DNA from: Promethearchaeati archaeon
GTDB taxonomy: Archaea > Asgardarchaeota > Heimdallarchaeia > Heimdallarchaeales > Heimdallarchaeaceae
Assembly (NCBI GenBank): GCA_013166775.1
Contig: JABLTJ010000007.1
Span: forward strand, 96,001 to 160,000
Direction of reading: 5' to 3'
Length of the DNA: 64,000 nucleotides
The stretch's first letter is position 1, and every line of letters starts with the position of its first letter. The notes under the pieces were generated by a model that made no database searches, was not told the origin of the DNA, and worked only from the letters and a program-made list of their open reading frames with translations. Shown one piece after another: positions 9,492 through 19,448 of the stretch. A program made the position numbers and the translations under genes.

Positions 9492-11204
9492 TCAAGTATA
9501 GTAGTAAGTTTCCAAAACTAGTTTTGAGTAGATCTCATCATACATAGCAACCATTGACTCTTTTGCTAAATCTTTCTCGAAGTTTCTATTTTTTCTAGCT
9601 TCTGGTTGACGAAATCTCCAGATACTAACAAAGAGCTGGAAGAATAATTTGAGCATATACCAGATACTCAGAGGTAATGCTAGGATAACCTTAAACAGGA
9701 ATAGGAATGCTTTCCATAGCATCTTCAGGACTTCTTTTGCTTCAGCTAGATTTTGTTTCTCTTTTTTGTCTATGTTTTTAGCTTCTTCTAGTAGTATAGA
9801 AAATAATCCCCTTTGAATTTCAGCAAATCTTGTTCCTAAAAATACTCCAGCTCTTTTACTCCATCCTTTAGAAAATCTTTGTTTCATATAGCTTCCTATA
9901 TGTTTTCCATAAGATATGAAAGCATCAAAGAGTTCGATATAAGGTACAACTAAACCATAAGAAAGATTTCGTAATTTTATTCTTAATCCTCGTTTGAATT
10001 TCGGTTTAGCAAAGTGATCTAAAATATATCTTTGAGCTCCTAGAGCTAAAGAGAAAGCTAATTGATTGTACTCTATATCACTCATTGGCATATCATAGCG
10101 AGTTTCTACAGCCATTACTCCCTTAAGTGCACCTGTGAGTAAAATTGAACTGTAAAATGGTTTAGAGACGAATTTGTCTTGGAGTTTTACTGTAACAAAA
10201 TCAAAAGTTTGCTTGGCTTCTTTGTATGAGAGATTGTGTTTTTGCGAAAATGCACCTAAACCAGGTTCTTTTATCCATGGTATCAGAGTGGTTTCTTTTT
10301 GCCATATTTCAAGAGCAAAAGCACGCGAAATATAATCTTCAATTTGAGTCATATCCAATCTATCTTCAGTTTTAGATGAGAGAAATCTACGATAAACATC
10401 TTTAGTTTTTTCAGATAACGATGTAGGATCAAGATTTAGTATATTAGTGAATCTTCTCCGTAGATTTTTCAAATCACCCATTAAATCAATTTTAAACTCT
10501 TCATAAGTTTCTTGAGAGATAGGAGGCGCATCAAAAAATGAAAAGCTAGCTTTTGAAGCTAGATAAGGTAGTGCAAATAAATCTTCAACTTTTTGATAGT
10601 ATGAAGCGAATCTATAAGCACCTATTTTAACCATTCTAAGACTTGCTTTGTGGAATAAACTGTAAATAGGACCGGTAATAGTGGCAATAAAAGAAAGAAT
10701 ACCCATAACAGTAGAACAAATAATTGCGATTACAGTGAGTAGCAACCATCGAGCAGTTTCACCAAGTCTTTGGAAGAATTCAAATCGATTAGTAATAGCA
10801 TCTAAAAGAGCATCAAAATTGGTTGTTTGACTTTGAATTAAAACCAAAGAAGCAACAATGATGACAACAATGATGAGAACATGATCATAGGTTTCACCCA
10901 CTCCTCTTTGGATTGGATAAGCTTTATTGATTCGATCTTCTCGGATAATTATCTCATCAATTTCTTCCTCAATCTTGACCATTTCCATTTTTTCACTACT
11001 AGAAAATAAATTGGAAATATAAACTAGGTATTTTCTCCAGAGATTAAGAATTGGAACAAGCTCACGTAAACCTCTAGGGATAAGAATCTCATAAATCTGA
11101 AAGATGAATTTAGCAAATACAACAGCAAGATAGAGAACTATTCCTCCTAACCATAAGAAGGGAAGTAAAAACATTTTGAATATCTTGGCAATGCTCATTT
11201 TCAT
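9492..11204 (-). CDS. Uncharacterised multi-pass membrane protein, paralogue of 29560..31383
   Basis: 570 aa with several hydrophobic segments; shares FSFFDAPPISxETYxEFKxDL, TGALKG and DIEYxxLAxSLALGAQxYI with 29560..31383. Confidence 0.85.
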   Translation of the reverse strand: MKMSIAKIFKMFLLPFLWLGGIVLYLAVVFAKFIFQIYEILIPRGLRELVPILNLWRKYLVYISNLFSSSEKMEMVKIEEEIDEIIIREDRINKAYPIQRGVGETYDHVLIIVVIIVASLVLIQSQTTNFDALLDAITNRFEFFQRLGETARWLLLTVIAIICSTVMGILSFIATITGPIYSLFHKASLRMVKIGAYRFASYYQKVEDLFALPYLASKASFSFFDAPPISQETYEEFKIDLMGDLKNLRRRFTNILNLDPTSLSEKTKDVYRRFLSSKTEDRLDMTQIEDYISRAFALEIWQKETTLIPWIKEPGLGAFSQKHNLSYKEAKQTFDFVTVKLQDKFVSKPFYSSILLTGALKGVMAVETRYDMPMSDIEYNQLAFSLALGAQRYILDHFAKPKFKRGLRIKLRNLSYGLVVPYIELFDAFISYGKHIGSYMKQRFSKGWSKRAGVFLGTRFAEIQRGLFSILLEEAKNIDKKEKQNLAEAKEVLKMLWKAFLFLFKVILALPLSIWYMLKLFFQLFVSIWRFRQPEARKNRNFEKDLAKESMVAMYDEIYSKLVLETYYYT

Positions 11205-11295
11205 AATTACATTAAAGTTGTTAAACTTCCTTTAATTTTAATTTTTTGATACGTTTATTATAATAAAAATAAAAGAAAGAAAGAAAAATTAAGGA

Positions 11296-12303
11296 TTAAT
11301 ACTTAATTCTTGGATCAATAAACACGTACGTGATATCCGTCAGTAACCTAGCAATTAGGAACAAAAATGGAAAGATTGTGTTCGTAGCCATCATTAAAGG
11401 GTAGTCCCTGAAAAGTGCTCCGTTAAGAAAATACGTTCCGATTCCAGGCCACCCGAAGACTCGTTCGATCATTACTGATCCACCTAATAATCCAGGTAGC
11501 GAATTACCGATTATTGTCACTATTGGTAAGAGTCCGTTTCTAAATGCGTGTTTATATATCACTCCTCTGTTTGAAACTCCTTTCGCTTTCGCTGTCGTCA
11601 CATAATCTTGTCTAAGAATTTCTAGTAATTGTGATCGCATTAATCTTGCCATAAAAACAAGATGCCCAAGTGTTAGCGCTAGTGTCGGCAGTATCAGATA
11701 TTTATAGAATTGTCCGTTTAGCATTAGTGGTTTTATAAACGCATCCTTATTTGTTACTCCTGTAAAATTAAATAATTGATAGGATCCTAGCATTAGCAGT
11801 TTGGCGATCCAAAATAGTGGCATTGAGTAGCCAACAAGCATTGCTATAGTTAATGTTTTATCCCAGAATGACCTCATTCTAGTTGCTGAAATTACTCCTA
11901 TTGCTGTAGATAAAAGTAGAGAAACTATAAATGAAATTATGTTGAGGATAACACTATAGAATAAATGATCTTCAAGTATTTTGGTTATTGGGATTCCAGA
12001 TCCTGCTTTTGTATAATACCAGCTTGATCCGAAATCAAAACGTAATAGATCACTTACAAAATCGAAATATCTTGAGTACCATGGGACAGTATACATACTT
12101 TCATCTAACAATCCCATCTCAATTGCTTCTCTGTTATATGCCCGATTATAGCAATCTTCTGATTCACAGTGTATTAGTCCTAATCTGATGATAACAGGAT
12201 CTCCAGGAGAGATATTGATTAGGGTGAAATTCATTAAAGTTATTCCTAACATCAATGGTATTATGTACAGAACTCTTCGAATAATATATCCTCTTAAAGA
12301 CAA
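11296..12303 (-). CDS. Peptide/nickel ABC transporter permease (OppB/DppB type), orphan
   Basis: PGDP, DFGSSW, YVTTAKAKG EAA loop, KHAFRN, ERVFGWPGIG, RDYP, DPRI. Confidence 0.9.
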   Translation of the reverse strand: MSLRGYIIRRVLYIIPLMLGITLMNFTLINISPGDPVIIRLGLIHCESEDCYNRAYNREAIEMGLLDESMYTVPWYSRYFDFVSDLLRFDFGSSWYYTKAGSGIPITKILEDHLFYSVILNIISFIVSLLLSTAIGVISATRMRSFWDKTLTIAMLVGYSMPLFWIAKLLMLGSYQLFNFTGVTNKDAFIKPLMLNGQFYKYLILPTLALTLGHLVFMARLMRSQLLEILRQDYVTTAKAKGVSNRGVIYKHAFRNGLLPIVTIIGNSLPGLLGGSVMIERVFGWPGIGTYFLNGALFRDYPLMMATNTIFPFLFLIARLLTDITYVFIDPRIKY

Positions 12304-12380
12304 ATAACTACACTTTCCTACTACTCAACAAATTGACACCTTTATGATTGTTTCTATGTGTATAAATTTATTTTTTTTAC

Positions 12381-12426
12381 TACGAATATATATTCATAGA
12401 GAAACACTTATGAATAATTATTCATA
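12381..12426. promoter_or_regulatory. Tandem 18-bp palindromic operator-like sites upstream of the DUF134 operon
   Basis: TACGAATATATATTCATA (12381-12398, one mismatched pair) and perfect TATGAATAATTATTCATA (12409-12426), ending 7 bp before the ATG at 12434. Confidence 0.7.
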
Positions 12427-12433
12427 GATATAC

Positions 12434-12727
12434 ATGATGGTTCAAAGACGAAAGGAGAGGAGATGTATTGACTTTAAAGGGGAGGTTTTCAAACCTATTG
12501 GCATCCCCATGGTTGATTTAGAAACTGTGGAGCTAACTAAGGAAGAATTTACAGCAATGTACTATTCGGATTATTTACAACTGAAACAGACAAAAGCTGC
12601 GAAGAAAATGGAAATCTCTCAAGCATCGTTTAGTAGAGAGCTTTCTCTAGCTCATAAGAAACTCTCTGATGCTCTAATAAATACCAAAGCAATTCAGTTT
12701 GAGATTGAACCTATCAGCGACTCATAA
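12434..12727 (+). CDS. DUF134 family HTH protein (putative regulator)
   Basis: FKPIGIP...LTKEEF...DY..L.QTKAAKKMEISQASF...AHKKLSDAL. Confidence 0.85.
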   Translation: MMVQRRKERRCIDFKGEVFKPIGIPMVDLETVELTKEEFTAMYYSDYLQLKQTKAAKKMEISQASFSRELSLAHKKLSDALINTKAIQFEIEPISDS

Positions 12728-12740
12728 GAAGGAACTAAAA

Positions 12741-13070
12741 ATGAAAATAGCATTACCTGTTGCTACAAGAGATGAAAATTGTGTACTAGATAATAGATTT
12801 GGCAGAGGATCATTTTACTATATTTTTGACACGGAAAATGATTCTTTTGAAATAGTTGACAATCCTGCAAAACAAGCACGAGGGGGTGCAGGAATTCAAG
12901 CTGTGGAATATCTAATCAGTAAAGGTATTGAATCAGTGATAATCCCTGAAATGGGTCCAAATGCAGAAAGAGTTTTGCGCTCTGCTAACATTAGTGTTTT
13001 TCAAGGAGAGATTCTTCCAGCTAAAGTACTTGTAGAAAAATGGAAGAACAAGTCATTAAAAGAGATATAG
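12741..13070 (+). CDS. NifB/NifX (IssA-like) family protein
   Basis: MKIALP, RFGR..F, NPA...GGAG, GPNA; start moved to ATG 12741. Confidence 0.85.
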   Translation: MKIALPVATRDENCVLDNRFGRGSFYYIFDTENDSFEIVDNPAKQARGGAGIQAVEYLISKGIESVIIPEMGPNAERVLRSANISVFQGEILPAKVLVEKWKNKSLKEI

Positions 13071-13078
13071 GTGAAAGA

Positions 13079-13426
13079 ATGAAATTTGCAATACCAGTAG
13101 AAGATGATAATAGTTGGAATTCGGAGATAGGATTTCATTTCGGAAGAGTCCCATTTTTTGCTATATGGGATGATGGTGATGATTCAATAAATGTTATTGA
13201 AAATAAAAGCTCTCATAGAGGAGGAACAAAGTTACCTGCAGAATTCTTGGCAGATCATTGTAACGGAATTTTATCAAGTGGAATAGGATCAAGAGCAATA
13301 ACGCTTTGTAACCAGTATGGTGTAAAAGTATTCATGGGAGCAACTGGAACCGTAAAGGAAACAGTTGAACTTTATAAAGCAGGAAAACTGAATGAAGCAA
13401 ATCCTGATGAAGGTTGTCAGCACTGA
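13079..13426 (+). CDS. NifB/NifX family protein (second copy)
   Basis: MKFAIP, HFGRVPFF, GIGSRA, C-terminal C-x-H; GGTGA SD before ATG 13079. Confidence 0.85.
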   Translation: MKFAIPVEDDNSWNSEIGFHFGRVPFFAIWDDGDDSINVIENKSSHRGGTKLPAEFLADHCNGILSSGIGSRAITLCNQYGVKVFMGATGTVKETVELYKAGKLNEANPDEGCQH

Positions 13427-13444
13427 AATGAGGATCAGAAACAA

Positions 13445-14287
13445 ATGCAGATAACAATCGCATCAGGCAAAGGTGGTACTGGAAAGACCACTATAGCTAC
13501 AAGTCTCTTTCTTTCTCATGAAAATATACAGCTTCTTGATGCTGATGTAGATGAACCTAATTGTTCACTATTTTTGAGCATAAGTGTGAAAGAAGTTGGT
13601 GAAGCACAGATATTAGTTCCTGAAATTGATTACACTAAATGTACTCACTGTGGAATATGTAGTGAAAACTGTGAATTTCATTCTCTAATCAATCTTCCAG
13701 GTCAAATATTAGTTTTCGAGAAAATTTGTCATGGTTGTGGTGTATGTTCATATTTATGTCCAGAGAAAGCGATATCAGAAAAACCTAGAACAATTGGGAA
13801 AATATTCGCAGGCACTGATAAAGAATTAATATTTCATTATGGTGAATTAATTGTAGGAGAAGAATTAAGCACTCCTGTAATTGCGAAATTAAAGAATTTT
13901 ATCCATCAAGAAAAAGGTCTAATAATAATTGATTCTCCTCCAGGTTCAGCATGCTCAATGGTAGAAGCTGTAATTAATTCAGATTATGTTATTATTGTAG
14001 CTGAGCCTACACCTTTTGGTCTATCAGATATGCAAATAGTTGTTGAAACTCTGAGAAGAATAAAAATGGAATTTGGAGTAATTATTAACAAAGATGGAAT
14101 AGGAAATGACGAACTAGAGACTTTTTGCACTGAAGAAGAAATTCCTATACTTATGAAGGTACCATTCGATATTGAAATTGCTCAGAAGTATTCTGAAGGT
14201 AAAACATTAGCAGTAAGTTCACCGTACTGGAAAAAAAAATTCATCGAACTGATAAAGAAAATTAAGGGAGAAATCAACAATGACTAA
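13445..14287 (+). CDS. MinD-superfamily P-loop ATPase with inserted 2x[4Fe-4S] ferredoxin
   Basis: SGKGGTGKT, DADVDEPN, CxxCxxCxxxC twice, DSPPG, EPTPFG. Confidence 0.9.
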   Translation: MQITIASGKGGTGKTTIATSLFLSHENIQLLDADVDEPNCSLFLSISVKEVGEAQILVPEIDYTKCTHCGICSENCEFHSLINLPGQILVFEKICHGCGVCSYLCPEKAISEKPRTIGKIFAGTDKELIFHYGELIVGEELSTPVIAKLKNFIHQEKGLIIIDSPPGSACSMVEAVINSDYVIIVAEPTPFGLSDMQIVVETLRRIKMEFGVIINKDGIGNDELETFCTEEEIPILMKVPFDIEIAQKYSEGKTLAVSSPYWKKKFIELIKKIKGEINND

Positions 14288-15179
14288 GAATGTGAAGATT
14301 AATCAAGTTACAGTTATATCTGGGAAGGGAGGGACAGGGAAAAGTTCGATTATTGCTTCTCTTGCTTATCAGCTTAAAGAAATTTCGATATTAGCTGATG
14401 CAGATGTTGATGCTCCTGACTTGTATTTGATTTTTGATCCAAAAGAAACTGAGCAATTTAGTTATTATGGATTGAAGAAAGCTGTAATTGATAAAGAACT
14501 ATGTGTAGAATGTAATGAATGTAGAGATTCATGTAGATTTGAAGCAATTAAAGAAAGTTTAACGGTAAATGATTTCAAATGTGAGGGATGTAGTATGTGT
14601 TTTCACGTTTGTCCAGAAAATGCAATCAAGATGGTTGACAGAGTATCAGGAATTTATATGAGCTCGAACACAAGAATCGGAAAAATGGTTCATGCACGTT
14701 TAAATCCTGGAGAAGAAAGTTCAGGACTATTAGTTGCAGAGGTAAGAAAACTATCAAAGAAAGAAGCAGAAAAAGAGAAAATGAAATTAATCCTAATAGA
14801 TGGATCGCCAGGAATTGGTTGTCCTGTAATTAGCTCGCTTACTGGCGCAGATCTAGCTTTAGTAGTTACAGAACCCACTTTATCAGGATACCATGATCTG
14901 AAAAGAATTCTAGAATTGCTAAAACAGTTTAACATAGGTGGATATGTAATAATAAACAGATTTGATATAAATGAAAGGATTTCGAATGATATTGAAGAAT
15001 ATTGTAAAGAAGATTTCCCAGTTATAGAAAAAATACCTTTCAACAATATATTCACACAAGCTATGATTCAGAAAAAAACAGTTCTGGAGATGGTTTCAGA
15101 AGATGTTGATGTGATTGAGATTCAAAGAATATTAAGAAATATATCGAATTTCATCACATCTCACGATAAAATTTTATAA
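14280..15179 (+). CDS. MinD-superfamily P-loop ATPase with ferredoxin domain (second copy)
   Basis: SGKGGTGKS, DADVDAPD, CVECNEC..C, CEGCSMC..VCP, DGSPGIGCP, TEPT. Confidence 0.9.
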   Translation: MTKNVKINQVTVISGKGGTGKSSIIASLAYQLKEISILADADVDAPDLYLIFDPKETEQFSYYGLKKAVIDKELCVECNECRDSCRFEAIKESLTVNDFKCEGCSMCFHVCPENAIKMVDRVSGIYMSSNTRIGKMVHARLNPGEESSGLLVAEVRKLSKKEAEKEKMKLILIDGSPGIGCPVISSLTGADLALVVTEPTLSGYHDLKRILELLKQFNIGGYVIINRFDINERISNDIEEYCKEDFPVIEKIPFNNIFTQAMIQKKTVLEMVSEDVDVIEIQRILRNISNFITSHDKIL

Positions 15180-15200
15180 TAACCACTCTATTTAATTTGT

Positions 15201-16031
15201 ATGGAATATAAGGAAGACTATTTTACTGGATTGAAAAACCATAGAATCTATTATCAATCATGGATACCAAAAAAACCTAAAGCTGTTGTTCAAATATTCC
15301 ATGGTGGATTTGAGCATTTAGGCAGATACAAATATTTGGTAGAAAGACTAGCAGAAGAGAATATTATAGTTTATGGAAATGATCACAGAGGTCATGGAAA
15401 GAGTGAAGGAAAGAGGAATCATATAATGTCTTTTGATGATTACGTAGAGGATTGCTATACTCTAAGTAATTTAATAAAAGAAGAACACCCAAATATACCA
15501 TTTTTCGTTCTAGGTCATTCAATGGGATCTTTTATTGCTCAAAGATTTGCTCTCAAATATCAACAAGAGCTAAAAGGTTTGATTCTCTCAGGTTCAGGTA
15601 CAAATATTATGGAAATACCAGGTCTCCTTCGCATGCTAGCAAGGATTATGGTAAAAATATATCCTTCGTTTAAAGCAGCTTCAAATCTAGACCCTAATGA
15701 GATTTCATCAGATCCTGAGTCTGTAGCTGATTATACTAGTGATCCTCTTATAAACTATAAAGTTGCTTCAGCTGGAATGGGTGTAGCATTTATGGATCAC
15801 TACAAAGAAATTAAACAGAGGATTGGAGAAATTCAAATCCCCGTGCTTATCCAGAAAGGTGAATTAGATACTATGGTACTTGGATTAGATGAGTTAAACA
15901 CAGATTTGAATCCCAAAGATAAAACAGTAAAAATCTATAAAGGTTGTAAACACGAAGTATATCAAGAAAATAAGAAAATGAGAACTGAAGCTTTTTCTGA
16001 TCTAGTTGAATGGTTAAATTCTCATTTATGA
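15201..16031 (+). CDS. Alpha/beta hydrolase, lysophospholipase/monoacylglycerol lipase family
   Basis: HGGFEH.GRY, DHRGHGKS, GHSMG nucleophile elbow, KHE. Confidence 0.9.
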   Translation: MEYKEDYFTGLKNHRIYYQSWIPKKPKAVVQIFHGGFEHLGRYKYLVERLAEENIIVYGNDHRGHGKSEGKRNHIMSFDDYVEDCYTLSNLIKEEHPNIPFFVLGHSMGSFIAQRFALKYQQELKGLILSGSGTNIMEIPGLLRMLARIMVKIYPSFKAASNLDPNEISSDPESVADYTSDPLINYKVASAGMGVAFMDHYKEIKQRIGEIQIPVLIQKGELDTMVLGLDELNTDLNPKDKTVKIYKGCKHEVYQENKKMRTEAFSDLVEWLNSHL

Positions 16032-16042
16032 AATGAACAATT

Positions 16043-17218
16043 CTATTCAGGATCTTCAGGACTTGAATATTCTTTTATTAGAAGTCCATCTCCTGCTTTT
16101 ATTTTCTCATTATCTTTAGGGAAAAGGGAATATAGACCTCTTTGTCGAATTGCTAGAATCTGCATGAAATCGTTCAGATATTCAGCTTCTTTTACTGTCT
16201 TACCTATATAGGGTGAATCTTTCGTAACTGGAATATAATCCAAAGCTTCCGAAGAATCGTCAACAACTTCTTCAAGTATTGTATAAGGTTTATGTCTAGT
16301 TGTAACTCCAAAAGAAATTTTGATAGCTGCATCCGCAATCTCTTCAAAAGAATCTGCCATTCTTAGGTATGCCATAAGTGTTTTCTTTCCAATCATTTCC
16401 TGTTTATATAAGCGCAATACCTCTTCGATCAACTCATATTGGAGATTATCAATTTTATCTTCTGTTGATAAGATTAAACTCTTGATTTCTGGTAAATCTT
16501 CAAAGGCATATACATAAGCTAAATCTACAGCTAATTCAGCAGATTCCTTCATAGTAACAAGTAAATCTTGATGATATTTTAGCTCTTTTTCTGGAGTGAT
16601 TTCTCCTTGTTTAATAATAGCGTCTCTAGCTTGTTCAACAGTCTGATGTTCTCCCTTTGCTAAAGAAATGAAATGATTTACATTCTCTAAAGGTCCTCTG
16701 AATATCAATAAATCACCAGCCTTCATTATCTCATCATAATTGGTTAAGAGCTTTGTATCTGGTCTGATGATACCTATAATATCCACTCCTAACATATCAT
16801 GAATGCATGACGATAATTCAGATTCATCACACAAAACTGATGATCCTTCCAAAGGAACGAGATCCACAAGTTGATCCATATGCTGTTGAACTAGCTTTAA
16901 TTCGTTCTCCATCTGGTAATCCAATAGGACTAAAGAAGCTATATCTGCTGCAGAGTCTGATATGATATTATTAGCTTCTCCTATTATATAGTAAATTCTA
17001 AGCTGTTCTGCTTGATTACGACTCTTAATTGACAATGACAAATAATCTAGAAGTTTCTTATACAAATCATCGATTTTTTCTTCTAAAACTAAAACTTGCT
17101 CAGCGACAACTCTATCTGAATATAAGAGAGATGCAAAAGCTAAATCTACACATATCTCAGAGAGCGTTTTCATTTCTATTAATATGTCTTTAACACTATC
17201 GGGTTCTTCACTGCTCAT
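16043..17218 (-). CDS. PhoU/TrkA-C tandem-domain protein
   Basis: Two internal repeats (MK..SE..VDLA...EEKID..; E.I.DAA.DI), each followed by a TrkA-C-like segment (IIGIIR...GDLL; ILAIRQ...AGDGL). Confidence 0.75.
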   Translation of the reverse strand: MSSEEPDSVKDILIEMKTLSEICVDLAFASLLYSDRVVAEQVLVLEEKIDDLYKKLLDYLSLSIKSRNQAEQLRIYYIIGEANNIISDSAADIASLVLLDYQMENELKLVQQHMDQLVDLVPLEGSSVLCDESELSSCIHDMLGVDIIGIIRPDTKLLTNYDEIMKAGDLLIFRGPLENVNHFISLAKGEHQTVEQARDAIIKQGEITPEKELKYHQDLLVTMKESAELAVDLAYVYAFEDLPEIKSLILSTEDKIDNLQYELIEEVLRLYKQEMIGKKTLMAYLRMADSFEEIADAAIKISFGVTTRHKPYTILEEVVDDSSEALDYIPVTKDSPYIGKTVKEAEYLNDFMQILAIRQRGLYSLFPKDNEKIKAGDGLLIKEYSSPEDPE

Positions 17219-17331
17219 TGATGATCGAACACTCTTTCAGTAAGAATTTATCTTGTACAAATATCAACTTTTCGTTTTTTAATCATTTTACATGAAGAAA
17301 AGTTAAGAAGTGCAAGTTTTAAGCTGAAAAT

Positions 17332-18618
17332 ATGAACTCCCATTCAAGGACAGAATCTAAGAATGGAAAAAAAATCAATTTAAAAACCCTAGAATGGTTG
17401 AGTTTTGAAAAAGGAGAATTCATAATTATTTTAAGTATGTTTTTCTATCACTTAGGAGTAGCTAATTTTGCACCATATGCACCTCTTTGGTTATTTCAAA
17501 TATTCGAAGAACAATCATTTGTGGTTATTGGATTAGTAAGTATAATTCCAAATGCTATGGTAATTGTTGGTACTCTATTATGGGGATTTCTAGCTGATAG
17601 AACAAGTATAAAGTGGTTTGTTGTAGGTGGATTAGTGTTTATGGGATTAATGTATACTAGTTTAATTTTCTCAAAAAATTCCGCATTCTTTTTGATTATG
17701 ATTTTTGTTGGTTATTTTTTTGGTTCTGCACAATCTGCTAATTATTACGCTTTGGGTACTACTATAACGAGTAAACCTAAAGAAGTAATTCTAGGAAAAA
17801 TTTCAGCAATAACAAGTATTGCTTGGATAATAATGAGTCCAATTTCTGGAGCACTACATGATAATTATGAAGAAGATGCGATGGATATACAACTAATTAT
17901 AGCAGCAGTTGCTTGTCTCATTGCTATAATTTTAGCTATACTAGTTAAGGAAAAGCGAGCTCTAAAAGAAGAAACCAATCATAGAGAAGAAATAAATAAA
18001 ACTTTACCAATTACAACGTTTCCAAAATTGTTCATAATAACATTAATATTGGCATTTTTTATGCAAAGCACAATGGGGGGATTTTGGGCTTATAACACGA
18101 TATATTTTATTGAAACTCTTAAAGTTAAAGCAATACATTATTCTATTTTTTTGGTTGCAACTACAACTATTGCAATTCCGCTATCGTTTATTTTTGGAAA
18201 CATAACTTCCAGTAGAGCGATTAGCAAGACAGCAATTATCTATATTTTCATCCAAAATCTAGTATTTCTGTTTATGTCAATATTTCCTATGAATGCCATT
18301 TTGGCGATGATTCTCTACAGTATTCCAGTTTATCCATTCTATACAGTTTGCATGTATTCCTTAGTTGCAAATTTCACTTCAAAAGAAAGAAGAGCAACAG
18401 CTTATGGTATTTTTAGCTCTATAGGAATTCTTGGAGTAGTGCTAGGGATTCTTATCTTAGGAGTAGTTGCAGATTCTTCTTCACTTGGAATATTTATCAT
18501 GCTAAGATATTCTCTTGCTTACGCTTTTCTTACTTTAGTAATAACATTCATACTCTATTTTCTAATCAAAAGGAATTCTCATATTGATAAGGAAAACTTA
18601 AATGATAAAAAAAGATGA
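17332..18618 (+). CDS. MFS transporter
   Basis: About 12 hydrophobic segments, WGFLADR motif A, ERRATAYG. Confidence 0.85.
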   Translation: MNSHSRTESKNGKKINLKTLEWLSFEKGEFIIILSMFFYHLGVANFAPYAPLWLFQIFEEQSFVVIGLVSIIPNAMVIVGTLLWGFLADRTSIKWFVVGGLVFMGLMYTSLIFSKNSAFFLIMIFVGYFFGSAQSANYYALGTTITSKPKEVILGKISAITSIAWIIMSPISGALHDNYEEDAMDIQLIIAAVACLIAIILAILVKEKRALKEETNHREEINKTLPITTFPKLFIITLILAFFMQSTMGGFWAYNTIYFIETLKVKAIHYSIFLVATTTIAIPLSFIFGNITSSRAISKTAIIYIFIQNLVFLFMSIFPMNAILAMILYSIPVYPFYTVCMYSLVANFTSKERRATAYGIFSSIGILGVVLGILILGVVADSSSLGIFIMLRYSLAYAFLTLVITFILYFLIKRNSHIDKENLNDKKR

Positions 18619-18641
18619 ATTACTTCGTAAAAACATTAAAA

Positions 18642-18681
18642 GTGACCAATTTGTGACCACCACCTTCAATATAAGTGACCA
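18642..18681 (+). promoter_or_regulatory. Three phased GTGACCA direct repeats (putative operator)
   Basis: GTGACCA at 18642, 18653 and 18675 (11- and 22-bp spacing), upstream of a GGTGA SD and the TTG start at 18707. Confidence 0.6.
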
Positions 18682-18706
18682 TTCGAGTATACTTAGGTGA
18701 AGCAAA

Positions 18707-19075
18707 TTGAATTTAAACGAATTGGGTGATAAATTGAACGAAAAAATCGAAAACGAGGTAAAAAAATCAAAAAAAGATAAATCTTCAGATGCAGCGGAAG
18801 TAAAAGAAATGCTTGGTGTAGTATCAACAGAAATTCCTGATTTAATCAAAAATATCTTTCAATCAATATATGATCCTTCAATAGCTGGAAATTATGCTAA
18901 AGGCATAGGCTCATTATATCAAGAATTAAAGGATCAAGGATTACCTGAGGATATGATCAGAGAAATAGTCTTGAACTTTTCTAAATCTTTTGATCTTTTA
19001 GGTAACGCGATGAAGACAATGCCTCAAGAAATTGAGAAGGAATTTGGTAAAAAGAAAAAATCAGAAGAAGATTAA
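18707..19075 (+). CDS. Hypothetical protein (helical)
   Basis: GGTGA SD; 122 aa; first gene of a three-gene operon. Confidence 0.75.
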   Translation: MNLNELGDKLNEKIENEVKKSKKDKSSDAAEVKEMLGVVSTEIPDLIKNIFQSIYDPSIAGNYAKGIGSLYQELKDQGLPEDMIREIVLNFSKSFDLLGNAMKTMPQEIEKEFGKKKKSEED

Positions 19076-19100
19076 TCTTCAGTAAAAATTAGGTGAAAAA

Positions 19101-19406
19101 ATGACCAAAACTCTGTGGGCAATATTCTGGATAACATTATATATTACCTACTTGGGAGGTATTTTTCCCTATTTTATTCTATATCTCTTGATACTGAGTC
19201 CAATCAGAAAATCAAGAAACAAAGAATTAGTTGGTAGATATCTCAAAGAATATGGAATACCAAGAGAGCTTCGAAGAGAATTAAAGAAATCATATTCCAA
19301 CACTCAAAGTTTGGGTAATATGCTGAAACTTGCGGACATACAAAGACCCTCAGAAAAGAAAGGGTTCTTAATCAAGCTAGGAATCAGCTCAGAAAAATCA
19401 TCGTAA
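19101..19406 (+). CDS. Hypothetical membrane-anchored protein
   Basis: GGTGA SD; N-terminal hydrophobic stretch; YLKEYGIPRELRREL segment. Confidence 0.7.
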   Translation: MTKTLWAIFWITLYITYLGGIFPYFILYLLILSPIRKSRNKELVGRYLKEYGIPRELRRELKKSYSNTQSLGNMLKLADIQRPSEKKGFLIKLGISSEKSS

Positions 19407-19448
19407 GACATTAAATCAAATCTAAATTACGAATTCAGTGATTTTCCT

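Noticed and set aside
12741-15179. Nitrogen fixation genes
   Set aside because: NifX-like and P-loop ATPase genes are widespread in non-diazotrophs; no nifH/D/K in the window
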